Shown here: positions 40,776 to 51,125 of the stretch, piece after piece
Layout: every line of letters starts with the position of its first letter
How positions within the stretch are numbered: the first letter of the stretch is position 1
Assembly (NCBI GenBank): GCA_040954595.2
Contig: CM082582.2
Span: 9,539,483-9,603,482 of the forward strand
Source of the DNA: Balanoglossus misakiensis
Lineage: Eukaryota > Animalia > Hemichordata
DNA length: 64,000 nt
Reading direction: 5' to 3'
Translations under genes and position numbers: made by a program
The notes under the pieces: generated by a model
Seen by the model: only the letters and a program-made list of their open reading frames with translations
Databases searched by the model: none
What the model was told of the DNA's origin: nothing

Positions 40776-42419
40776 ATGGAGTGCATATTCAGCGTCTGGA
40801 GCCTTATCTTCTCCTTGAGTGTCATCACATGCTGCCATGGCAACAGCTTGGGCGTCCAATCACCGACTGAGCTGGCCTGTCCGTACGGAAGCTTCAGTCA
40901 CCCATTAGGAGATTGCCATCCATGTTCCATATGCTACCATATCTTGGACACAGGAAAGGAGTCGCGGGGATGTGAAAAACAGTGTCGTAAGTCTTTTCCA
41001 AAGCAAATCTTTATTCTCAGTTATCCCAGGGAAACATTTAATTCCGAACTTAACGCTGTAGTTTGCCAAAGGCTAACATTACACAAGTCAGTTTAGCAGT
41101 GTGGTGGTGTGACCCACATCTCTGATCAGTACACAGGTGACGTTTGACAGGGGAACCCCCCTATTGTTAAGTTTCATTGTTCGGTCATAGGACCTTTAGA
41201 CGACCGTGCTTACGCTCTGCGCAAATATTTTGAGAGAATCTAGACGTGATTGCTTCACATACTAAACTATAAAGTAAAAGGTATTGCGTTGCAACACGAA
41301 ACATCGAGCACAGTTGTAATAAAATGCACGATTAACGCCTTGCTGAGATGGGAATGCAAATCTTACAGCAAGTATACAACTTTATTTTCTAGCTCCGAGA
41401 GAACGGGGGAAGCCGGTTACTCAATTTGACCCGAATCAATTTTCAGCACAGAGGGATGGTCTAGGTTATAAGGAATCATCCCAAAAAGGTAACTTATATC
41501 AGTTGGAATGCATTTATGCGGGATGGGTCAAAGGATTGGAGATGAGACACAGTAATTTTTCATGCTTTGTAATGTATGCAAAGAGTGGCGATTATTAAAT
41601 TCAGAAGTCCGCAACACGTATCGTCTTGTCAGATAAAGAATCTAGATGACATCTACCTTTTTCAGAAAGGTTTATCTGACTTGCATCCTCTGTTTCAGTG
41701 AGAACAACAGCCGTCTTGCAGACCCGGGCGACGCCCACTAAAGCTGACATTTCACGGATACCGGAAAACCGAACAACGGAAGAGACGGGTTAGCTATTAA
41801 TCCAATAACACGACTAACTTTTTAAGTTCGGAAAGAGCAAATGGATAATTTATACCTTTGCAGGAAATGAGAGACCAACACAAAATAAAATTGTTATTCC
41901 GTAGAGCCGATTTTAAGGAAATTGGGAATTACTGAACAGCAAAAATCGTGAACACAACTTGAGTTATCTACAGATATTGTATCTTTCTGACAGGTACTAC
42001 AAACTCAATCGTCATTGGATCTCTTTTGGCGATTGTGGTTATACTGATGGTTGTTTTCAATGTACTCGCTTGGATGGTGTACTATCGTCGAAAGAATGGA
42101 GGACTGGCGACCTTGAAGCGATATCCTGATCACCATTTTATTCCGCAAGACAGAAATGTTGGTCTTGAAACACAAGGTAACACTTACCGAAGACTTAAAT
42201 TTGTCTTAAACGATGACGACGACGATGGTGACGACGATGACGACGACTATGATGACGGATTATATATTATTTGTCGTTTAGCGTCTTATTAAGCCAATCA
42301 TTGTTTTCTTTTACTTCACAGTTTTTCTCGAAGCCAACGCCATGCAGGTTGTTCCCATTCAGCCATTTGGTGACGTTCCTAAGCCTTTCGCTTTGAACAA
42401 TACAAACATCATCAAGTGA
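40776..42419 (+). CDS. Small TNFR-superfamily-like type I membrane receptor 1 (one six-Cys domain), about 225 aa
   Basis: Exons 40776-40986, 41393-41488, 41699-41788, 41994-42176, 42322-42419, all phase 1. Signal peptide, CPYGSFSHPLGDCHPCSICYHILDTGKESRGCEKQC, polar stalk, TM IVIGSLLAIVVILMVVFNVLAWMVYY followed by RRK, short tail. Confidence 0.75.
42211..42258. repeat. (GAC/GAT)n trinucleotide repeat in the last intron of receptor 1
   Basis: gatgacgacgacgatggtgacgacgatgacgacgactatgatgac. Confidence 0.7.
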
Positions 42420-43654
42420 AGACACTACCAAATGGAGGAAAAAACAACATTAACTTAACATTAGGCAGCAGGTCTTGAGACGGTAGCATGTCAAGACAGA
42501 TAAATACAAAAGTACAATTTTGCATCCACACACATTTATACGGTTCTTAACATCGTGCCGCCTTTGTTTATCCATTATCAGCTAGTATGCATCACGGGAT
42601 GGGTGCCAATGTGTTGCCAGGCAACGAACGGCATGATTTTCCAAAGTAAGGTTCAACAAGGGAAATCTTTCCTCTCTATTTTAATATAAGAGGTATAGTC
42701 CGTTTATGCCCACGACCCTTATGAAAAAGTTACGTCGCGTGAATGAAGGTACAGATGTATTACATATTACATGTACTACAGGTTAGGGTGCATATTGGGG
42801 TTGCTTGATTTAGAACTGACGTCATCACTGACGTCGTCTGCCTGTGTATTTTGTCGCTTGCCGTTTTCTTTGCTTATACATGTATTGAATAAAAATGTTA
42901 GAATTCCGAAAACCTGGACTGGTAGTTTTATAAGTTGAAATGGTGTCGTCACAAACATTTGCAATTGTAACAGCACAGGAAAGCAAGGATCATTACGATG
43001 TTCTATGCGCCGAATGGGGTGGGGAAATCTTACCGGGATTACGATCGATCTTGATTGATGAAATGACCGAACGTTTGTCGCCATCACCACAGAGCGCGAG
43101 CGCGAACTGAGGCAATGAGGGATGATACAGAGGGGTGGAGTACTTTGCACCGGCTGACACGACAGTTGCCAAACAAACACGCAAGCTGTCGCTTGTCAGT
43201 GGCTGGACGTTCATGGGGAGACACCATGAAAGACGATACACTTCTCAGAGTTGTTTTAAAGAAAAAAAAATTCTCATATACTTACTTGTCTGCTTGATCC
43301 ATCTGTACGACTGTAGAATCCGATGAGCCATTTCTTGTATTCAAGGCATGACTTTGACGGACTTATCAAAGTTTACTGCGATCGGTTAAAATTTGTCCAC
43401 CCTGCAGACGAAACGCGCACGTTCGGACCCTCATAGTATTGTACAGTACCTGTTTACTAACCCAGATACTAGTATTATGTAGTTGTAGACCTTGAATAAA
43501 CTGATGCAATGCCATCTCAGAACAGGAAAGGTCAATCGATGTCAACATGCCATGTCGGGACACCTTCGCCGAGGTGTATATAAACTACTCGTGTCCTTGA
43601 CTCATTATTTCGCCACCATCTCTCACGACGCAACATCTCCTCTTCCATCAGAAG

Positions 43655-45921
43655 ATGCGGGCCTTTGTCTTGATTTTATTTTCTCTACTTTTATTTTCTC
43701 TACCTATCACTAACTCATTACCATTTTCCTCAACCGACGACGAGACAGAGAGATGCCCCAAGGGAACATTTCCTCAATTCAGAGAGTGTCATAGTTGCAC
43801 TGTGTGTGAAAGGATCGAAGACGACGATTGTCGGAGATATTGTAATGATGGTAATGATGGTGAGTCAACACCGTTACCTTTACTGCACGCGTACGCGTGT
43901 TGACTCTATTCATAAATGTGGGAGATTTTATAACGGTATTATAACTAAATAACTTCATTCAAGGTGTCGCGTATCACGACCAGCCTTCCACGCGCAGAAG
44001 TACTATATTTTACCATTAATTTCAGCCGATTCATGCCGTGATGGATATTTCCCGCGTTTTGATGAGTGTCACCCCTGCAAGGCGTGCATGGATATCGAAG
44101 ATGACTGCCAGAATTACTGCCGGGTCTCTGGTAAGTAAATTGAAATACCTTTACACGCGAGTCCAATCAACCATTGAATAGACATCCCGGCCTTTGTCCG
44201 AAATATTTTCGTTGTCAAGAAAGACTCCCCTCAATTCGCCACGCTGCCACAGCAGAGAAGCCTACAACATACACGTTAGCACCGTCTATGTCAAGACTAT
44301 ACCAACAACAGCCCACCAAATTGGCATTCCATGATTTTAATTCACTCATTGAAGCCGACGAAGAGGAAGATAGTGGAATGAAAGGCAGATTTAGTTTCCA
44401 GCCGTAAGCAACGATCAGTATTTTCATGTACTTTATCCACTGAATTTAGTACAACAAAACATCGTTGCATGCAGGAAGTTCGGCCACTGTCTTACGTATC
44501 ATGATACCAGTAACCTAAACGTGGCTATTATAGAAAAGTGCTGACTCGCATGATTATTGAAAAATAGACAATAAAACATGCAAATGAAGTGCCATGTCAG
44601 ACCATGCACAAGTCACACCTGCCATCTCAGACACGTAACTTGAATGAGGGCCAACAGTATTACATGCCTGCTGAGCAGAATTATAATGTAGTACGGGTTA
44701 GTCGAATTGTTTGGCCATCAAGGCCGACATTATCACACGTGCCTCCCAGGGTTAAGTCTCCCCCTGACCTTTTATCACACTGGTTTGTACGTAGCTTGTT
44801 GAGTTGGAAGATCATTAACATGTGGTTTAGCATGGAGGTAGCATATCCGTATTTTCAACACTGACATTTCTTAAAACGTGTATGTTAAATAAAGCCAAAC
44901 TAACGAGAGAGGATAATATAAAGCATTAAAAAAAATTAACAGAACATGTACGCGAGATAGATATTGTGACGCGCACCATTTCCAAGTTTTCGCATATAAT
45001 TGATGCACCTTTCTAGTCCGATGGACAGAGGTCCTTACCTGAATAAAGGAATGCTTTAAGGAAGATGTTATCAATGGTTTTCTCCCCTTTCTGTCGATGT
45101 TTACACCTCAGTCAGCACACCTCCAGCTCCACAGGAAACGACGCTGCTTCCAGAAGTTGAAAAGGGGACAACCGAGAACTTGACTCTGACGACGCATCCT
45201 GGAGTTAAGCCCGCCGAATCCAATCTGAAAGTTAATGAGAAATCTGGTAAGCACACATGATGGCGTGGAAAATAATCTTCATTTTCAGATACCTGCAGTT
45301 TGCATCATTCAATACCCCTGAAAAAATGATTTGGTCACTTGTTTCCACTTTTAAAACATTGTCACGTGGTTTGAAATTATCTAAACTTCCAGAAACGGAA
45401 CAGAGTTGGGTCAAAATGACACTCATTGTGGTAGGATCCCTCATCGTCGTTGCTGCTGTAGCAACGGCTATAATTGTAGTTGTAATAAGGAGGACGAAAC
45501 GACAAAATCAACAAGAAGATCCGGGTGGCATTCCGGCTGTGGAGGCTCCGGCTGGCGATTTGAAAATCCCGAATGGGGATGGTGGGCAGCCACAGCGCAA
45601 TACAGAAGGTAATGAACCAGCATAGTACCTGCTGCCTGTCTGTCTGCCTGTCTACATGTACATATGTATGTATGTGTTTTGGCCTACACGTGTTATACAC
45701 TTTTGCACGGCCAGTATTCGATTGCTTTTTGTCGCTTATCATGACGTCCATAGTATATCTGAATGAAACTTATCTTTCCAGTGGTCCTTGGCGATAATGG
45801 GACACCACAAGTCAGATTGGAGCAGATCAGCGAAGGAAACAGACAGATTAAACATGACACGGAACCTCACTCTGAAACACCAGGAAAACCACTTTTGGAA
45901 CATCCTGGGAATGATGAGTGA
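43655..45921 (+). CDS. Small TNFR-superfamily-like receptor 2 (two six-Cys domains), about 266 aa
   Basis: Exons 43655-43859, 44026-44130, 45112-45246, 45393-45608, 45782-45921, all phase 1. Signal peptide MRAFVLILFSLLLFSLPITNS; CPKGTFPQFRECHSCTVCERIEDDDCRRYC; CRDGYFPRFDECHPCKACMDIEDDCQNYC; TM TLIVVGSLIVVAAVATAIIVVVI followed by RRTKR. Confidence 0.78.
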
Positions 45922-46739
45922 AATGTGTTCATATCGGCTACCAAGAAGAAAGAAAAAGTGGCAATGCCAGGTTATGTGAACAATTCTAATTGCAAGAAGT
46001 TGTCCAACTAAATTAAGGAAACCGTCCATAATTTTTATATTTTTATGCAAAGAGGGATGTTGAATCAACCGTTTGAGCCTTTCTAAATTGTTGGCAACTT
46101 TCCAAATCCAAGGAAATTAATGCACAAACTGGCAGAAATTAACATTACACACAGGCAATACGAAATGAAAAATCCGATTTACAGGGCAAATGTCTCGTTT
46201 GTCATTTACAATTTCGCCTATGCATTGCAATCATTTACAATTTAAACTATGCAGTTTATAAGTGACAACATATTTTCCATAACCAGTAAAACTAATGTGT
46301 TCTCTTCAGGTTTGTCAAATTTTGGTGTGTACTATATTGTACCAAGTTATATATTAGGATATTTATCAGTGATTTTCTCAGGTATTTTTTATTCCATGTA
46401 TTAAACATGGTCAAAATTCGAAGAAGAGCACTTGGATATATTTTGTGCTGAACTCAAATGGATATACATGACTACCCAATATACAGTACTACCAGAAAAA
46501 AATGTCAGGTGCGCGGGCGACGACGATGTTAATAAATATATTTTTGATATTATTTAATATTTATTTTGAAGAGTCTGTAATTATAATGTGTTTTTCTTAT
46601 GTCGTCTATAAGCATCAAAAATGTCCAAAATGGAAGACTGTGGTGTCGATGTCTGTTTTATCTACGAGAAGTTTAGTTTTTGCACCCCTCTGTGCTATGT
46701 AGGTATACGCGTCGACACACCTTTTGGCCTATTGCCAGT

Positions 46740-46880
46740 CCATTGCACTTGCCACCACAGACTAGTCTGCAGGAGAGCGGATACCCAGTCATTGAACAAT
46801 AGATAAGGATTGTCCTATTGTGTACAGACTGTCACTCTTAAGCTTTAGTTACCATTGCACTTGCCACCACAGACTAGTCT
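46740..46880. repeat. 29-bp direct repeat
   Basis: ccattgcacttgccaccacagactagtct at 46740-46768 and 46852-46880. Confidence 0.85.
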
Positions 46881-47169
46881 TAGGGCCCCACAGCACTATA
46901 CTTGTTACTAGTATTTAAATAACATGGAAGCAGTGCATACATAACGCGATTAGATAATTAGAAGAAACACGTGTTACAAATGTTCTGTAAAACTTTCTTT
47001 TATCAATGAAAAATATGACAGTAAAAAAAGCTACACCCAAAGGAAATAACAGCAGTTTAAGTTATTATCTTCTGATATTGCACGTGTGATTGGTTATAAA
47101 CTATCAAGGTGCTCATTACTGTGTTATCTAGATTCTCCACCAGTCTTTTGCACATTTCTGGACGCAATT

Positions 47170-47288
47170 ATCCTTGTATGGGCATGCCATACCAGACGAG
47201 GCATGGTGGTGTGATTTCACAATTCAAAAGTTAGCTCATCGTAATATCAGACAACGAATTGAAGAAAGTTCCTTGTTTAGGCATGCCT
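47170..47288. promoter_or_regulatory. Two p53/p63-type response-element-like sequences upstream of receptor 3
   Basis: ATCCTTGTAT-GGGCATGCCA (47170-47189) and TTCCTTGTTT-AGGCATGCCT (47269-47288): paired CWWG cores with zero spacer, compared with RRRCWWGYYY x2. Confidence 0.35.
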
Positions 47289-47579
47289 TGCCAGACCACT
47301 ACTACGTCATAAATTTCGTCATCCCAAGTTTATAAATGACCATGTTTGGGCGATCGTTTCTCATCCCACCGGATAGATGTAGAAGAGGATGGTTGTCGGC
47401 GGCTAAATATGTGGCCGAATTAACTGTTTTTTATTCGACCGGTCATCAAAAGCCAAATTCAAAGTGTTGAATCTACTGGACCGAAAGTCGTTTCTCTTCT
47501 GAATCCAACACGGTGGAGTATGATGGGCCAACAATCCTTTAAATCACTTGGTCTCCTATGGGTAGGCAGTTCGCTGTAC

Positions 47580-50000
47580 ATGTTGGGAACCTTTGCGAGT
47601 GTAGACAAGATAACATTTTACCTAGTGCTAGTTTTCAGTGTACTTTTGTCATCCATTTCCGGAGCACCTACCGTGCAAACGTGCCCCCGGGGAAAGTTCT
47701 CGACCAACAGCGACGAGTGCAAACCATGTAGCATGTGCGTTGTACCCACGGTGTTTGAACAAGAACCGGAATGCAAGATCTCGTGTCCACATAGTGAGTA
47801 CACATTTATTTGCTATTCCAATTGTGGTATAGTAAGTGACCCGACATAGTTTTATTATTCTTTTTGTAATTGTGGAACAGACAGTACATTTACCACCTAC
47901 TACTACAACATGGGTCAAAGCATGGTCGTATCCAAGTACATGTAGATCTGTTTCGTCCTTTTGTCAGGCATCGGTTTGGGAAAAGAAGTGGTTGCAGAGT
48001 TGACCTGCCCTCCCGGACGGTTCCTTTCAGACGGTTGCCACCCGTGTACGTTGTGTGATGACCCGGCTGTTGCCTCGAAGGTCCCCGGTTGCGGTCAATG
48101 CCCGCGTAGTGAGTAAATCTACGATCAACGATAAAACGCGTGTCACTGTTTGCTAAATTTTGATATCGTTGAAATAAAACGCTGCATAGCTTGCTCTACA
48201 CGACAAAACGCTACATCATGACATGGCTAATGTTTTCGCTTAATCTACATGTGTCTGTACGCAGCTGTACGAGACTATGTAGTGTTCATATGTTTTCAGC
48301 TAAACTTGCCAACGCAACGGTGTTCCAACAGACCAAACCATTCATAAATCTGCCAGTGTCATTGACTTTGTATGATCATGGAGGTACTAGCAATCTTGCG
48401 GTGCGACCTTTGAACGCAAATGTACCGCTGACCGAATGGGTGAAGGGTGGTGCTCTATTATCACTGGATCGCTCTGCAATCAAAGCTTTGTCATCTTGCT
48501 TACTGCTAACGCTAAAACAACAGCTACAATTCAGAAGATCAACAGGTGGTTGCTTTGCAGTACAATCTAGTAAAGAGGCAAGTCTCTGTTTCCTTTAAAC
48601 GCGCAAGACATTTTCCTTGCAGCCCACAGTAGCCTTCAAGTCACTGGTACCATAAATTTATCTGCTTATACGCACATTCATTTCATATCTGATATTTTTG
48701 CTGTTGGTGCTTATCATTAAAACTTTTCTTCGTTTTGAATTTGCAAAGAATGTAAATTCCTGTTCTAAGTTCAAACTGAACGAATGATTAATTGCTTACG
48801 GTGAATAGAACTATCACTTACGTATTTATTTAATATATTGAAGAACGCACAAATAGAAAAAGGCACGGTAGAGGTTCGTGTAAAAGAAATTTTCGCTTTC
48901 CATTTTCTCAGCGGAGCCGGATGTAACCACTTGCAACGATGGCATGTACTATAATCTCAGAATGAAAGAGTGCATTCACTGTGTAACGTGTTTGGACGAC
49001 CAAAAGAAGACCTTCGGATGTGACCAATGCATTAGTAACAGCGCCGAGGTCCCAGACCCGGTCGATGTCGACCAGCAGCCGAAGGAAGGTCAGCCTAAAA
49101 ATTGACTTCGCAATAAACTACATCAATATGCCCTGTATACATGATATGCGTTTACTTGTTTTGCTTGGTTTCATGCGCTTCTTGGTGATTTCTCCTACAC
49201 GATAACGTTGTAAACATTTTGATTGTATTTTATTTCCGCTTATTTAGAAACCCATTCTACCGTTTCCGCGCAGTCAACGCTCAGCCAGCCTACCACAATG
49301 CCAGATGACGCCGTGACTGTAGAACGGCAGGGAGGCGTAAACGAGAACAATGTCAGCTTTGAAGACAACCAAGACACCAATTTCCAGGCACATATAGGTA
49401 TAGCAATGCTTTTGCGCTGTATGTTTGTTGGTGGGTCTTCAGCTCCACTGCTGGGATGGGTACTGTAACAACTGCACAAGTATATATTACATGGCGCCCA
49501 ATTCAACCATGGCGGCATAGTAAATAAAATTGCAAATAATTTTTTAAAATACAGTACCAGCAATCAAATAAATATTATTTTGAATATGGGGATTGCTAAT
49601 CGATAAATAAGTTTTTATTTTATTACCTTATACATTGTTTGTTAACATTTCAGATGACTCAACTGAAGGCGGTCTGACTTTTTCCGTGATATTAGCAACT
49701 GAAATCGTGGTCATTATTATACTTCTGGTAGCATTGGTTGCTGTCATTATTAAATATAGTAAGCTAAGGGGCTATGTGCGACCTGGCGTTGGTCCCCAGG
49801 ATGCTGGCGACAGTCCCCAAGACGTTAGAATGCATCACAAAGACGACAACATAGGACGTGGGTTTCGTGATAATGACGGTAGTCCAAGCTCTTCCGGACA
49901 CAAATCAATCCAAGACTCTCTACCCCATGGTCCGACCCCAGGCAAATATAACATTCCTAACGACAAGCAGTGTGCTACTGTGATGGAAACATCCGTTTAA
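47580..50000 (+). CDS. TNFR-superfamily-like receptor 3 (up to three six-Cys domains, chimeric), about 342 aa
   Basis: Exons 47580-47793 (in-frame upstream ATG at 47520/47523 possible), 47968-48108, 48912-49088, 49248-49397, 49654-50000, all phase 1. Domains CPRGKFSTNSDECKPCSMC...CKISC, CPPGRFLSDGCHPCTLC...CGQC and CNDGMYYNLRMKECIHCVTC...CDQC. TM VILATEIVVIIILLVALVAVII; ends ETSV. Confidence 0.72.
47924..49108 (+). repeat. Segmental duplicate of receptor 4 exon 1-intron 1-exon 2 (other copy about 51121-51986)
   Basis: Near-identical exon sequence (e.g. ttgggaaaagaagtggttgcagagttgacctgccctcccggacggttc) and alignable intron blocks (gcatagcttgctct, atcgctctgcaatc, gatcaacaggtggttg, aagtctctgttt). 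Confidence 0.9.
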
Positions 50001-50759
50001 TAAGACACACAACGGACTCCAAGTAATATCACACTTTCCTATATATAGTTTTAGAACCCAAGAGTAAGCCAGGCACAATTACACTCACAGACAAAGGCAT
50101 ACCACATTATTGACAACACACCGTGTTATACTTGCTTGATACACGTGACCTTAAAATTGAACTGAGACTCCTGCAAATTACAAGCACGCACATTTACAAG
50201 ACCGTGCTTGTGTGAGATTTAGGGTACTCATCAATTGCACGTCATGGAATTAGATAAAGCATTTCGTTTGGAATATTATATGCTCTTTCCGATTCTTCCG
50301 TCCAATCACGATCTTTTTCATAATTTTCAGGTATTTCCGTAACCAATTCACATTATCATCAAATTGGTTTCTATTTTACTGAGTATATGTTATGAAACAA
50401 TATAATGTATATATACAAGTATGTAAATGGCTGAGGCCCTGACATTTGAAAGAAGAAACACATATTTTTATGAAACAGTATTCAGAATTTTTACTTTTGT
50501 AAGATTTTGTAAATTTCCGTTATAGGTTTTGCAACATTTGCTGGTAAAGACATAATAAAAAAATTAGTAATCCCACACGATCTAACCGAAAGTGTGCTTT
50601 CTTTAAAAAAATACAATATATACAGTATTTTAGTGTTAAGAAGCCACATGCCTACATGACAGACGGACAGACAATGCATAAATCACGTGTACATACGCGT
50701 GTGTTAAGGAGGGCCTGACATGATACTCACTGACACGTGCTTGCCATCTCAGACAAGTT

Positions 50760-50893
50760 GTCTGTGGTGTGATGTGGGTTAGCTCCGTCACTTTTAACCT
50801 CACACCTCAGGCAACAAGTTGTAGTTGTCTGTGGTGTGAGGTTAAACTGACCTGTGGTGTGAGGTTAAACTGACCATGAGGTTGGAAATCCCC
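50760..50893. promoter_or_regulatory. Receptor 4 upstream module: repeated TGTGGT (RUNX-like)/GGTGTGA sites in a 22-bp tandem repeat plus an NF-kB site
   Basis: ctgtggtgtgaggttaaactgac twice at about 50829-50874, tctgtggtgtga at 50761, and GGAAATCCCC (reverse complement GGGGATTTCC) at 50884-50893, about 230 bp before ATG 51126. Confidence 0.5.
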
Positions 50894-51125
50894 GAGCGTT
50901 TGCCCAAATTTGCAAACACAGAGAAACGTCTCGACACTCATCAGAAGCATTACTCATAGCTTGCAAGGAGACCGACTAGCACAGCAGAAAGAGCTGCTTC
51001 TCGACTTTCAGTGCAAAATAATCCGGCGTAAAAACCGACTACATTTTAATATTTGCTTATATGCACCAGTTTTGTAAACACATTCGTGAAACGCACATAT
51101 CGCCCCGTGAACAACTGTCAAGATC

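Noticed and set aside
42177-42292. Poly-Asp tail in ORF 42026-42292
   Set aside because: Follows a GTAACA donor and is a (GAC)n intronic microsatellite; a phase-matched terminal exon exists at 42322.
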